A stretch of 64,000 nucleotides of DNA from positions 6,521 to 70,520 of the forward strand of contig CAYTKI010000028.1 in assembly GCA_964438385.1 (NCBI GenBank), given 5' to 3'. Shown piece by piece: positions 1-11,600 of this stretch. Both the position numbers and the translations under genes were made by a program. This DNA comes from an uncultured Methanosarcinales archaeon. GTDB taxonomy: Archaea; Nanobdellota; Nanobdellia; Woesearchaeales; GW2011-AR4. The notes below the pieces were generated by a model. It was not told the origin of the DNA and did no database searches. It saw nothing but the letters and a program-made list of their open reading frames with translations. Every line of letters begins with the position of its first letter. Position 1 is the first letter of the stretch.

Positions 1-75
1 ACCACCAGAATACCACAAAGAGGATAATGACCATCGCCCCGATTAGCTCGAACGCGCCAGAGATAGCTTTTTTTT

Positions 76-744
76 TTAGCATGATGGAATCTTTGAAGGT
101 ATATTTTTGACGCAGGAATCTCTGATTCCTTCCTTGGTGTATGCGCACCAGAATAGCCAGGATTGCGCGACAGGGATGAAGCAAGAGTTTCCTTCATCAT
201 TTATATACAGATAGGGTGCAATGGTCTCTTTTGTGAACGTGCGCGATGTGATGGGGGAAGTTATCTTTTGATTGGGCGGGCAGGATGCCTTATCTTTTAA
301 CTTACATTCATAGAACAATGTGGGGTCCGCAAGGCATAATTTTCCCTTGGATGAAGTTCCCGAATGGCGCAGGAGTGCTTTTCCTTGCTTTTCTATGATG
401 GTGAAAGTCACTTCCCCTCCTGATTCGCTAGATTCTATCTCATAATCACCGAGATTATTAAGACCTTCAAATGGGATGATGCAGTCTTTCTTTGCGTTTC
501 CTGAAACACCCTTAAAGGATTCTACAAGAGTGTTGCTGCTTTTGGTTACACTCTCAGGAACGGTGCTCTGGTAGGCAATTTGAGGGGATGGCTTGAGGGG
601 GAGGAATTTATCCACTCCAAGAAGAGTCTTTGCGATTTTTGGCGTGAGACCAAGCTCCGGGGCAAAAAAAGTGATGGAAACCAGGATGAAGACGATGAGC
701 GCGATGATAAGGAGCGCGATGGTTGAGAGTGAAAGTCTTTCCAT
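76..744 (-). CDS. hypothetical signal-anchored extracellular protein
   Basis: 222-aa ORF; N-terminal hydrophobic helix (IALLIIALIVFILVSITFF) then soluble Cys-containing domain; last gene of long minus-strand surface-protein locus. Confidence 0.5.
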   Translation of the reverse strand: MERLSLSTIALLIIALIVFILVSITFFAPELGLTPKIAKTLLGVDKFLPLKPSPQIAYQSTVPESVTKSSNTLVESFKGVSGNAKKDCIIPFEGLNNLGDYEIESSESGGEVTFTIIEKQGKALLRHSGTSSKGKLCLADPTLFYECKLKDKASCPPNQKITSPITSRTFTKETIAPYLYINDEGNSCFIPVAQSWLFWCAYTKEGIRDSCVKNIPSKIPSC

Positions 745-890
745 GCCTTACCACCAATTAAAGAGAAGAATTTCCACTCCACTATCCTTGAATTGAATAT
801 ATGCATAAAATGCTGCGCCGATGAGCAAAATACCAAGAAGGATTTCTATCACTAGCCATATCCCATCCACCGCCTTCTTTCCTTTGATTC

Positions 891-1997
891 TCATCTGCTT
901 GCTTGGATACTGCATTTGCTTGAAATCGCGTCATATCTTGAGATGAAGATGCGATTGTGATCATCGAAGAATGTGCTGCCCGCGGTTTGGTAGAGCGCCG
1001 CAGATTCTGTGGTGAGGAGGATTGCGATGGGAATTATTCCTATGCCAGTACCAATTGCTGCTGCGATGACAGCGCCTCCCAGAACCGAGGTTGCTGCTCC
1101 CGCAGTGGTCTTGAGCCCATAGGTCTCAGTTGGGCTTACGAAAGTTACCGCATATAATTGTTTTGATACGAGCGGATCCTCTGTAGTAAAATAGCCCACT
1201 CCAACGCCTACACCTTTCATTCCCTGGATATAATCAAGATAGGATGCTGAGCGATCAAGAGGCACATAGCAGTTGCCTGCAGGACATTTCCATTGCGAAA
1301 AATATGCTCCATCTTTTTGAAAATCGGATGAGCAGGTTCCTCCCTTGCTCTTGCATTCATTGCCGGGGATTGTGCAGCAAGTGCTTCCCTTCTGGCATCG
1401 TGAGGAAGAAACTGGTTGCTCTCCTTGAAGACAGGGTTTGGATGTTCCGCTCCTGCACCACCCTCCTCCTCCTGGACCACATTTGTCTGATGAGTCGATG
1501 GTTTCATAGGGCTGAGCCATGGATCTGTAAACTTCCTCCTTAGCGCCAAGGGGGGCGGCACCGTTATCAAGAAAGAAAGTGTAACAGATAAAGCATCCAT
1601 CATTTGAGAGCGGGAACTTTGAGAACATGTTGCGCTCCCTTCCCTCAAGCCACATCCACCAGCATTTTCTACTCAGATCCCTGATTTCTCTGAGCGCCCC
1701 TTCTTTAAGTGTCCCTCCTTGTCCCCTATATCCCTTGGTTGGAAGGGCGTCTTTTTTTTCTATGGTTGCGCAGGCTCTGGGAGCATTAATTGCCTGGGTC
1801 ACCACCCCTAACTTTTCCTGGGCTCCGAACCTGATCGCATTGGATGATCGGCACAATGCTTCCTTTGAGGACTCATCTGCCTTTGATGCGCTAAGCGCAA
1901 TGAGGTAAATCACAAGAAATGTTCCTCCAAGGAGGAGAACAATACCTACCACAAACTGCCACCCTCCTTCTCCTTCTTTTGAATTCTTGAGGTTCAT
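891..1997 (-). CDS. hypothetical Cys-rich membrane protein (N- and C-terminal TM helices)
   Basis: 368-aa ORF; TM at N-term (FVVGIVLLLGGTFLVIYLIAL) and near C-term (GGAVIAAAIGTGIGIIPIAILL); many Cys (CQKGSTCCTIPGNECKSKGGTC). Confidence 0.5.
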   Translation of the reverse strand: MNLKNSKEGEGGWQFVVGIVLLLGGTFLVIYLIALSASKADESSKEALCRSSNAIRFGAQEKLGVVTQAINAPRACATIEKKDALPTKGYRGQGGTLKEGALREIRDLSRKCWWMWLEGRERNMFSKFPLSNDGCFICYTFFLDNGAAPLGAKEEVYRSMAQPYETIDSSDKCGPGGGGWCRSGTSKPCLQGEQPVSSSRCQKGSTCCTIPGNECKSKGGTCSSDFQKDGAYFSQWKCPAGNCYVPLDRSASYLDYIQGMKGVGVGVGYFTTEDPLVSKQLYAVTFVSPTETYGLKTTAGAATSVLGGAVIAAAIGTGIGIIPIAILLTTESAALYQTAGSTFFDDHNRIFISRYDAISSKCSIQASR

Positions 1998-2120
1998 TTG
2001 CTTAAAGCATCCTTTTTATAAAAAAGAAAAAGACCACTGCTAAGAATATTCCGGTCAACCAGACAAGAAGGGGTTTTGATAGAAACAATTCCTGTCCTTT
2101 CCTTGAGGAAGGGATAGGGC

Positions 2121-2381
2121 TCATGGAGCAAAAACTCCCTGAACGCAGCAAACTTTATTGTCTTTCTCACAATTGGTATTGGACAAGATAGTGTATCCTT
2201 GCTTGCCGCATTCTGATGTCCCAACGCACTTTCCAAGCTTTGCCTGACAGCTATCGATGTTTGAAGAGAAAGATTTTGCCTCACTGGTGAATATCACTGC
2301 GACCGTGATCAGCACGACAAAGGCAAGGATAGCCCCTATGAGGATTGGTATCGCCATGTCTGCCTTCTTGTGGTGGAACAT
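2121..2381 (-). CDS. small Cys-rich membrane-anchored protein, possible pilin-like
   Basis: 86 aa; short basic N-term (HHKKAD) followed by hydrophobic helix, C-terminal Cys cluster; overlaps alternative ORF 1994..2284 which looks non-coding. Confidence 0.4.
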   Translation of the reverse strand: MFHHKKADMAIPILIGAILAFVVLITVAVIFTSEAKSFSSNIDSCQAKLGKCVGTSECGKQGYTILSNTNCEKDNKVCCVQGVFAP

Positions 2382-2418
2382 GGGGAAAAACTGAAGAAAT
2401 CTATATATAAATCTTTGG

Positions 2419-2727
2419 CTAGCGGATGCAGCAGCAGATTCCCGGGGAAGTCTCGGTTATGTCGCTGAACTGGCCATAAATCCTAACGGAGTTGGCTGCT
2501 GAGCACGTTTGGCCGCTTCCTTTTTCTCCAGAAGTGTATCCGCTCACCTGACACTGCTGGCCGCAGCCGGTCAATTGCTGCTGCGTCTGATCTACATTCT
2601 TCCCAAAGATCCCAATCCTCCCTGTAAAGACTGCAAAGAGAACGACTAGGACGGCAAGCCCAAGAGCCGCAATAATAATGGTATTAATTGAAAGGCCCTG
2701 ACCCTTCGTGGAAATATAGGATTTCAT
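2419..2727 (-). CDS. type IV pilin-like protein with class III signal peptide
   Basis: 102 aa; N-term MKSYISTKGQ|GLSINTIIIAALGLAVLVVLF = basic residue-G-Q followed by hydrophobic stretch typical of archaeal prepilin-peptidase substrates. Confidence 0.5.
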   Translation of the reverse strand: MKSYISTKGQGLSINTIIIAALGLAVLVVLFAVFTGRIGIFGKNVDQTQQQLTGCGQQCQVSGYTSGEKGSGQTCSAANSVRIYGQFSDITETSPGICCCIR

Positions 2728-2898
2728 GGAACCATTCCTGAATATGCTGATATTTAAAAGTATCGGAATTCATCGCCCTATCGGATTTATCGGCAAGGGT
2801 GCGTGGAGGGCATAAAAATCCAGGTAAAGCGCGCTCAGATTGTACCCTCCCTGATTATTTTTTGCTGAGTTAGGGTAATGTTATTTTAATGAAGATTT

Positions 2899-3354
2899 TT
2901 ATCCGCAGATATCAAGCTTCACAAACATCGTCCCTGCACGCGTAGGCAGGGGGAATGTCTTTGAGCGCTTCTGGCCAGGACATGCTTGACCAAGCTGCAT
3001 AAGCGTTCTGCTGGTGCCAAGCGAGGCAGTCATCTCATACTTCCATTTCCACTGCTCAAATGTCTTGGAAAATATGGCTGCCGCAACTTCGCGCGCCTTC
3101 TCGCAGGAGGATTTTCCATCGGAGCATACTATGCCCCCCTGCACCGCGCAGTCCTGCAAAAGTTCGGTTGCTGTCAGGTAATTGCAGTCATTGACCGCGG
3201 TATTGAGATAGGTGGATACATAGTTGGAGGCGACCTGCGATTCCACAACTTCCTTGCGTATTGTGCTTGGCTTCTTCAAAGCGATGAATTTTATCGCGAA
3301 CACAAGGCCAAGGACAAGGAGGACTACAACAATTGCAAGTCCGAGGATCTCCAT
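2899..3354 (-). CDS. hypothetical N-terminally anchored membrane protein
   Basis: ORF 2899..3954 trimmed to internal Met (MEILGLAIVVVLLVLGLVFAIKF) because upstream 200 aa are R/S-rich low-complexity and overlap gene 3527..4015. Confidence 0.4.
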   Translation of the reverse strand: MEILGLAIVVVLLVLGLVFAIKFIALKKPSTIRKEVVESQVASNYVSTYLNTAVNDCNYLTATELLQDCAVQGGIVCSDGKSSCEKAREVAAAIFSKTFEQWKWKYEMTASLGTSRTLMQLGQACPGQKRSKTFPLPTRAGTMFVKLDICG

Positions 3355-3526
3355 TTGTGCTTTTCTGGAATGGCGATTTCTGGTGGGTGCGCTTGCGGTG
3401 ATGAAAGTGTGGGTGTGTGGAGGGCATCGTTTGCACATAAAGCGCATCCGTGTGGTTCCTTCCCTTAATTTTTTAATAGTCATTGTGGTGATTAGTGAAA
3501 TGTCGCCCGGTTTTCGTGTCCGTTCT

Positions 3527-4015
3527 TTATCTCGCATACGTCTCAATGGTGATGACACCAAAAGCGCTCCTATCCGTGATGGGATCGAGGAGCGAGATGG
3601 GAGTGTTGCTTGCTGATTTTGAAGTAAATCCCTGCAAAGGAGAGGAGTAAAGGGTATAGTCTCTGGCAGTGGGATAGACTTCCTTAACAGTAATTGTGCT
3701 GAAGCCGAGGATGTCAAAATAGTATTCCTTGTGCTGCGGCATGAGAATAGCCGCCGAACGCAGCTTGATGGTGTCAATGCATGAATCCGTGATGATGTTC
3801 TGCCTGCTGCACTGCAGTTCCGGAAGTGAGAGCGCCTTCTTGAGCACAGTGATGGAATCCAGCTGCACATGCTCATCTTTCTCCGTTGCCGCCTTGGATT
3901 TAAGGATGTTGACATAGAACACCATGCCGATGACCACCAAAAAGAAGAACACAAGTAGGATTGCGATGGTTTCTCCCATCTGCACCTGCCCTCTTGATTT
4001 TTTTGCGCTTTTCAT
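3527..4015 (-). CDS. type IV pilin-like protein with class III signal peptide
   Basis: 162 aa; MKSAKKSRGQ|VQMGETIAILLVFFFLVVIGMVF : RGQ motif, Glu at +5, long hydrophobic helix. Confidence 0.5.
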   Translation of the reverse strand: MKSAKKSRGQVQMGETIAILLVFFFLVVIGMVFYVNILKSKAATEKDEHVQLDSITVLKKALSLPELQCSRQNIITDSCIDTIKLRSAAILMPQHKEYYFDILGFSTITVKEVYPTARDYTLYSSPLQGFTSKSASNTPISLLDPITDRSAFGVITIETYAR

Positions 4016-4105
4016 TTTAAATTTAATTTGATAGTAAAGTATTTCAGTGTGATTTTAGTTTAATGGGGTCTTTTTTTATTGGCAGGGTTCTCACTTGCTT
4101 TCTTT

Positions 4106-5161
4106 TTAGTAAATAAGCGGGCAGGACTGCCTCTGGAGTTGTGAATTGAGGTTCTCAAGCTCAGAGATGGCATGGTTGGCCTGTTGAACAGTCCCTTCAT
4201 TAAGGACAATAGCTGCCGCCCGGATAAGGGAGAATTGAGATAATGCCTGCGTATAGGTCTGCTGGCATCTGAGCAGGCCTGCGGAAGAGGAAAGCTCCTC
4301 AGATCGGCGCTGGTAAATTTCTGTCACCAGAGCGACTTTTTTGAGCATGTTGTCTGCGATGCATTTGTAGAAGAGGTCTTCGCTATTTGATGCAGGCCTG
4401 GATTTTTCATCGCTATAGATTGCGCCAAGGAGCATTTCCTGCCTCAGGTAGGGATAGGTCTTTGCCAAGTCCCATCTGGATTCGATTTTCCTATAGAATG
4501 CGGCTGTTCCTCCGCTCAAGTCCCCGTTCACGCCAAGTGCGCTCATCTTGTTATTCTCGATTGTTGCGAACGATGGAGGAAATGTGGGAAGTGTGTCAAA
4601 AAAAATAAAGCGTGTGTGGTCGTCCTGCTCGGGACGCAGATCTTGGGGTAATATGGAGTGGAGTTCTACCCGTAATGAAGAATGCATGCTCTTATTCACT
4701 GCCCGCGCAAGAGGGGAATTTCCAACGAGGATGTAGCGTATTTTTGGGGAGGATATGTACACCACATTTGTGACGCGGTAGGGGATGCTCCATTCCCTTG
4801 TCTGCACGATGAGGGGGGAAGTGCGGACAACCGATGGCGCAAAAAGCATCATCTGTTGGAATTGCTGTGATTGGCTCCCGATACGCAAAAGGTTGCATTC
4901 AAATTCAATCGTCGCCTGGGGGAGCTCAAGGATGTTGGTTACTCCAAAGGACGCTTCAGAGCCGATTGCTATTGTGCTAAGAGTCTTAAGCAGCGTCGCG
5001 TGGGAAGAGACTTCAGAGATATTTTTTTGCTTGATGACAATCGTCGCAAACAGGGTGAGGATGGCTGCGCCTGCAATGAGGATGAATATCCAGTTGAACT
5101 GCACCTCAACCACTGCCTTCTTGCCAAGAAGGCGTCTATTGCCAATTCGAGAGGAGAACAT
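4106..5161 (-). CDS. hypothetical N-anchored extracellular protein (possible pilin-like)
   Basis: ORF 4106..5314 with start moved to MFSSRIGNRRLLGKKA|VVEVQFNWIFILIAGAAILTLF; exact start uncertain (overlaps upstream gene). Confidence 0.4.
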   Translation of the reverse strand: MFSSRIGNRRLLGKKAVVEVQFNWIFILIAGAAILTLFATIVIKQKNISEVSSHATLLKTLSTIAIGSEASFGVTNILELPQATIEFECNLLRIGSQSQQFQQMMLFAPSVVRTSPLIVQTREWSIPYRVTNVVYISSPKIRYILVGNSPLARAVNKSMHSSLRVELHSILPQDLRPEQDDHTRFIFFDTLPTFPPSFATIENNKMSALGVNGDLSGGTAAFYRKIESRWDLAKTYPYLRQEMLLGAIYSDEKSRPASNSEDLFYKCIADNMLKKVALVTEIYQRRSEELSSSAGLLRCQQTYTQALSQFSLIRAAAIVLNEGTVQQANHAISELENLNSQLQRQSCPLIY

Positions 5162-5630
5162 GGTCACCTTTGCCCTCAAGCCTAAGTTCAACGGCATTAT
5201 TGTGCGGTTCGATGCAAAGGACATCAAGTGGGAAAATAGCAATTGACTCGACAGTGAAGGATGCTTCAACGGTATTGGTGAGTAAAAACACATTCTTTCC
5301 AGTTCCAGAGGCAATGCTGTCCCGAATCAAGGGGTCAATTGTGAGTCCATCAAGAGAAGGGGTGGTGTGGCTCTCTACAAAGCAGATGCGGGAATATCCC
5401 TCCACGCGAAGCTCTATTTTTTTAATCGAGCCGAAGTCTGATGAAAGAGCATCAATTGCAGAGGAAAGTTCTGATTGCAGCTTGATTGCGGAAACTTGTT
5501 CCGATTGCCTGCGGAAATCGCTGATTGCATTGTAGCCGTAGATTAGGATGGCCCCCATGATGACGATGCCAAGGACATAGATAAAGACCTGCCCGACAAT
5601 CTGTGCGTTTCTTGTGGAGGGTAGTTTCAT
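5136..5630 (-). CDS. pilin/FlaF-like N-anchored protein with class III-like signal
   Basis: 164 aa; MKLPSTRNAQ|IVGQVFIYVLGIVIMGAILIYG then beta-rich soluble domain; 4-nt overlap with stop of the giant gene upstream suggests translational coupling. Confidence 0.45.
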   Translation of the reverse strand: MKLPSTRNAQIVGQVFIYVLGIVIMGAILIYGYNAISDFRRQSEQVSAIKLQSELSSAIDALSSDFGSIKKIELRVEGYSRICFVESHTTPSLDGLTIDPLIRDSIASGTGKNVFLLTNTVEASFTVESIAIFPLDVLCIEPHNNAVELRLEGKGDHVLLSNWQ

Positions 5631-8600
5631 GATTTCTTTCCGGGTTGGGTGATTTTTGTGATGGGATCTTTTGGGTTGTTTTTCATTTTTCCCGGTTTTG
5701 ATTGTGCAGCGCCTTTTTCTTTTGGCAGATTCTGCGCCGATCGCTGATGCTTCAGTGATTTGAGCATTTCAAATGCGTCTTTTTTTTGGAGTATTTTTTG
5801 CTGCGGCTTTCTGATGCGGATGATAATCTTTCTTTTTTGAGGTGTTTTGCTTTCCGGTTTTTGCGCTTCTTGCGATTGCTTCCCGGGCATGTCGCTGCTC
5901 ATCTTTTCCAGATGTTCTGGCTGTTCAGTTTTGTGGGAGAAGATGCTGAAGATGTTTTCTCGTTCATTTCTTTCCTTGTCGTGCTTTTCTTGTGATTTTT
6001 CCTTGATCATCTCCTTTTTCTGCTCGGTTAGCTCCGCACTCTGGCGTGCGATTGGCGCCTGCTCCGTGCGCTCTTCAGGCAGGGGCGGCAACGGCTGCTG
6101 TCCAAAAGTGGAAAAATCAGTGGATGATTGCTTGGAATTGTTAAGGTAATAGCGCGCATAGGCATAATATCCGCCTGCCCCAAGAATGCCTAAGACGAGA
6201 AGCCCAATGAGGATGCCTTTAACAGATGAAGGAGGGTAGTCATTTGGGTCAAGCGGATTTGTTCCGGCATCAATTTCATCCCCATCAGTTGCTCCATCTC
6301 CATCAGTGTCTGGGTTTAAGGGGTCTGTAGAGAATGAGAACTCTTTTCTGTTGGTCAATCCATCGGAATCAGGGTCTTCTTCTCCAAGATTGGGATTGTT
6401 TACATCAAAGCCGTGCTCAATAGCCCATTGGATGAAGGAATCTGCCGATGTGCCGCTTTCAGTGTCAGTGACTCCATCGCAATTGGTGTCGTCCGTTGAG
6501 CAGATCTTGCACGTTCCCTGCCTGCATTCAAGGCCCGCGACGCAGTCCCCACTGGAAATGCATCCGTCCCCCTGCCCGCATCTCTTTTCGCAGGTTCCTC
6601 CGCAGTCGACTCCCACTTCTCCTGGAGAGAGCTTGCCATCTGCGCACTCTTCCATTGGCTTGCAAAACCCGAAACTGCAGGATTGTTCACCACAGTCCTT
6701 GTTCTCGCGGCAACGCTCTCCTTCTCCGCACGCCTTGCAGGTTCCTCCGCAGTCGACTGCAGATTCTTCCTGATTTGTTATGCTATCAGAACATGTTGCA
6801 GCAGCGCATTTCCCGAGATTGCAGAATCCACTCCCGCAGTCAGCGCTTGCTGTGCAATTGGCTCCGGTGGCGCAGTCTCCCCGGTCATTGCATCGTAAAT
6901 TCAGGCTTTCGTTTGAGAGGCAGCCATCTGTGGTGAGCCGGCATACTCTGCAATTGAGCGTGCCATTGAGGAAATAGGGGCTGTAGCCGCGGCAGCTGAT
7001 ATCGCTGATGTTTCCAATGGTGTTTCCATCGCATAACTCCCCAATATCCAGCTTGCCATTGCCGCAGGGATCATCCTGGGAAGTTCGGCATTCTTTGGTG
7101 TTAAGCTTGCAGGAACTGCAGGAGATTTTTCCAGTTTTGAAGGAAGGAGTGTAGTCTGCGCATTGTAGTGGAATCGGGCCAAGGGTTGCTCCTTCGCAGG
7201 ATTCTCCTGCATCGATGATGCCGTTGCCGCAGCTTGATACTTCAATGCAGCCGGAAGTATTGAGTGCACACCCTTGGCTGCATGATATGGTTCCTCCGGT
7301 GAAGGAGGGATAAGCTGTGCAACTGGCAATGGTGCCAAACGCAGTGCCATCGCATTCTTCGTCCTTGTTGAGCGATCCATCTCCGCAAAGCCCGGCAGAA
7401 GTGTCTTGGCACCCTGAAGTGTCTACGTGGCAGTTAGTGCACTTCAGTGTTCCTGAGGTAAAGCGCAGTGGACTGTAAGAGGTGCAAGAGCCATCAAGAG
7501 GCCCAAATGAATTTTTGTCGCAGGATTCTCCTGCATCGATGATGCCGTTGCCGCAGGCAGCTTTTTCAGTGCAGGAAGTGGTATCAAGTTCGCAGGAGGG
7601 GGTGCAGCCAATTGTTCCTGAGCTGAAAGATCCATTGTATGAGGAACAGCTTGTGATTTTGCCGAATGTTGTCCTGTCGCACGCTTCGCCAGGATCCAAA
7701 ATGCCATTCCCGCAGCGGGATTCTGGATTGCAGCCGGAAGTGTCTATTCTGCACTGGGGCGAGCATTTCAGGGTACCGGAAGCAAAATTGGAGTATTGGG
7801 TGCATCCCTTGATAGTGCCAAAAGTAGTTCCATCGCATTCTTCTCCTGCTGTATTGATATTGCCGTCACCGCATTTCGCGGATTGGAGGCATAGCGATGT
7901 ATCCACAATGACGCCATCGCTCAGAAGCGGCTGACTTTCAAGGTCCACAAAATCTTTGGCCTTCACCTTAAACACATACTTAGTGTTATCTTGGAGGGAG
8001 AGGTTTTTGACAAAAAGGAACTCGTTTGAGACTAGGGCTCTTGTGAAACCGACAATTTCAGTGCTTCCTTGGAGCAGGGAATAGAAATACTCCCGAACAC
8101 CGCTGCCTCTGTCTTCAGCCAGCCATTTCACCCTCAGCCGGTCGGTAAGGCAGCTCTGCTGGGGCAGGGACTCAAAAGTGCTGGAATCATCCACAAAAAG
8201 CATGGAAGGTGGCTGGGTGTCAACGGTGAAGTTGACTACAATCGCGGGGGAGAAGGTAGTGAGGGACTGATCCCTGCATGCGACAAAAAAGGTATAGTGA
8301 CCATCATCCAGCGCAAGAGTTGTCGAATGCACAAGTGCCGGAGGCCCGAAAAGCGAGCCGGAAACTGCAGTCCTATCGGTTTGGCTGAATCTGCATTGCA
8401 TTGTCTTGCTTGTTTTCACAAGGAGCTGAGTAGCCGTCTTGCTTATGATGGAAGGGGTAAGGGAAGTGATAAGCGCGGGAAGGGTGTGATTGACGGTGAA
8501 AAAAATGTTTTGGGAAGGTGAGATAAGCTGTGCCTTATTCTGGCAAGCGACAAAGTAAGTGTATTTTCCATCACCGCCCTCAGTAACCCGTTGCCTGCTG

Positions 8601-11600
8601 ATTGTGCTGAAATTTGAGGAAACGAAAGAGTCGAACGGAATCATTTGCGCAAAAAGGGGGTTTGTCCTGCTGTATTTGCAGATGGATTCATCATCGGTCT
8701 GCACCGTGAGTGAGGTGCTGTTGTCTTCATCCTGGATAGGATTAGGGAAGGCAAATGAGGTGATGATGAAGGGAGAGGTGTTGTCAAAAGAGAGTGTAAA
8801 AGATGAGGTTTTCTGCCCTTGGAGGATATCATTGCAGGTGACAAATAATGTCACTTGGGAGGGGAAAGCGCCGGAAAATGCTGCAAGCTTGTGCTCGGTG
8901 CCTCCGCTTGGTAAAAATGGTTCCATGAATTGAAAATCAGCTTTGGATCCGATGCTGTGCCTGCACTGTGCGTCGTTGTCTGTTCCCACAATCACATCAA
9001 AGGAGCGCTGCGCAGAGACGCCATAGGGAGGGGAAATTAGTGTGATTTCAAGGGGCCTTGCATTCATGACAAAATAAAGGGGGATTGTTGTGGTGATGCC
9101 TGCGAATGATGTGGCAGTTATGAGCATGAATTTGTTGCCGTCGCTGATATTGACGCTTGCGCTGTAAACCTTGTTATTAAGGGTGGTGAAGTTTTTTGAG
9201 AAGTCCTTGCCATCTATCCACACACTCGTAAGGATTGCCTCCCGTGCAAAGCCAAGAGAGAATGATGCTGATGAAAAGCGGAGAAGCGAGCCATTTGCAG
9301 GGGTGCTGTTGAGAATCCTTGGCGGCTTGCTGTCCACAACAATTGTTTTGGAAAATAAGGGACTCATGAACACCCCTTCTTGGTTTTTTGCATTGATTTC
9401 AAGAGTGTACTCTCCGTCTGGTATGGGAGAAGTGAAAGTGAGCCGTGTTATTGTTTGCTCTGAAGCGCTAAAAGATGGTTGGAACCGATCACCAGTTGCC
9501 GGGTTCTTAAGCTGAGCAAAAGTGATGATTGCCGGCTCCAGGAAAATTATTTCTGCAGTGGAAACTCTTCCGGCAAAAAGTGCATCAAAGTGCTCTGTTG
9601 CTCCGGGAATTGAAAGATTGCCAACTATTGGGCCGGTGGAGGTGCTAGGCGCAGTAAAGGTGATTGATTTTATTTCTCCTACGTTTTTTGAGGGATCGCG
9701 TGAATAGTACTTCAGTGTGTTCTCTCCGGGAGTGAGGTTCATGATGTTCTTGAGTGTGTTTTTGTCAAAGAGCTTGCGGTTGGAATAAAGCAATGTTTGG
9801 GAAGTTGTTGAAATTCCGAAGGGATGGTTTATTGGGCAGGCATTCTTGCAGAGAAAGGTTTCATAATCAGGCGTTGTCCGTAGCGCAAGGGCGCCATTTG
9901 GGCCTGCCTTGTCCCGAATGTCCATGCGGATCTGATTCAGGCTGCCATTCGAGATGATGGCCACAAATGAAGTGTCAGGTGGAAAAATGTCTGCTTCGCA
10001 TGAGGCAATGGAGCAATCAGCATTGCCATCGGCATCTGCGTCTTTTCTGCATTTGTTGCTGAATTTTCTGCACATGTCTGCTCCGCATTGGATTCCTCTC
10101 GGCACAAGTTTGTTATTTGTGGAGAATTGTACAGGGGTTGATGGGCAGTTTGCGGCAATGATGTCTGTACATATAACAGCATCGCAGGTTTTGGCAGAGG
10201 TGCCGGTAAAAATGCATTGTGCCAAGGGCGTGGAGAGCTGATCTGCCTTTTCCTTGGTGCATCCCCCATATACTTTGTTATGCGCCCTATTGGATTCCAT
10301 TCCTTCTGTACCTGACTTGTCGCACCACACACAATTTTTTTCCTGCATGGTGATGCATGCCCCAACGCCAAGCTCTGTGGAGATGGTTTTCCATTGGCAG
10401 TTGCTCACACCGCAGTTGTCCCTCCCACATGTTCCCTGCGATTTATAATCGTAGCAGTTCATTTCCGGCTTGCATGCATAGCAGGCATCGATGGGAGATG
10501 TGGATTTGTCATAGAAGCAGTACTTGCCATTCTCGCATGCCAATTCAAAGCCAAAGAGCTGAAAAGCGTTGAAGCCCTCCTGCTGGCACTTATCCGTTGG
10601 CACGCATGTGGGCACGCTTCCCTTGACAATGCACGCCTCTTCAGGAGAGCAGGATACGCCGGCATACTGCAGGACATTTGCTGAGTCGCAGGAGAATCCT
10701 TTGTTTATCTTTGAGGAGAATTTCCCCCTCACTTCGCTTATGAAATTGGCAGTGGAAAAATTAAGTGGAAAATTGATGATGAGGTAGTCCTTTGAGGCAA
10801 GATAGGTGGATGGCTGCACGCAGAATTTCTCAAAAGTTGATTTGCCCAGGCATTCGATATTTCCAAGTGATGCTGTTTTCTGGACTTGGGGAGTTGCGGA
10901 CCGGATGCTGTAATGCGCCCTCACTAAGTAGCTGTAATGGGTATCAAATAGCAGCGAGTCCGAGGAGTCGGTGAATGTTTGGGTAGAAGAGCTGCCGATG
11001 CGTGTGAAGGTTGTGCAGCCATCGCCAAGGCATCGGAAGATATCGTAGGAAAGCGAATTTTGACTGCACTCGTCTTGCCAGCTAAGCAGGAATTGTTTCT
11101 TGCCCTTCAGAGGTATGACTGAGAAGGCGCTTAGGGCAGGCACGTAGGTCGGATCAGAGCATCCCTGGCTGCTGCCTATGCAGATGCCATTTTCTTCCCT
11201 CGTGTCACTTGGGGAGACACACCCTGTATCTGAGCTGTCTGTGCATCCGTTGTTATCATTGTCAATGCCATCATTGCATTGCGGCGTCTGGCAGGACACT
11301 TGGGAGCAGGGATTGTTAAAAAATTCAGTTCCGGTGCCTGTGCAGTGCACTTTTGTTTTTGTTGATGGTCCGGATGGCTCGCAGCAGCATCCAATCTTGC
11401 AGGAATCAACGGCGTCGCAGGCGCTGTTTGCCAAAAAGAAGTTGGTTTCGCAGTCCTGCGCATTTAAGGGGTAACTGGGAAAACTTGCCGATTTGTAGAA
11501 AGAAGGGTTTGCTGTTTCCGGCTTTGGGCAGCAGTCCTGATCTTTTGAGACAAAGGATTGGAAGTTACATGTTGCGGCGATGCTCGCTCCCGGGTTAAAG

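Noticed and set aside
3355-3954. N-terminal 200 aa of ORF 2899..3954 (R/S/C-rich, no hydrophobic core)
   Set aside because: Low-complexity composition, overlaps the well-formed pilin-like gene 3527..4015 on the same strand in another frame; the internal Met followed by a TM helix is a far better start.
5786-11598. Numerous 60-155-aa plus-strand ORFs (e.g. 6306..6773, 7482..7934, 8069..8521) inside the giant gene
   Set aside because: They are antisense to a 6-kb continuous ORF with signal peptide, repeats and TM anchor; they are Pro/Ser/Ala-rich and repeat-driven, typical of shadow ORFs.
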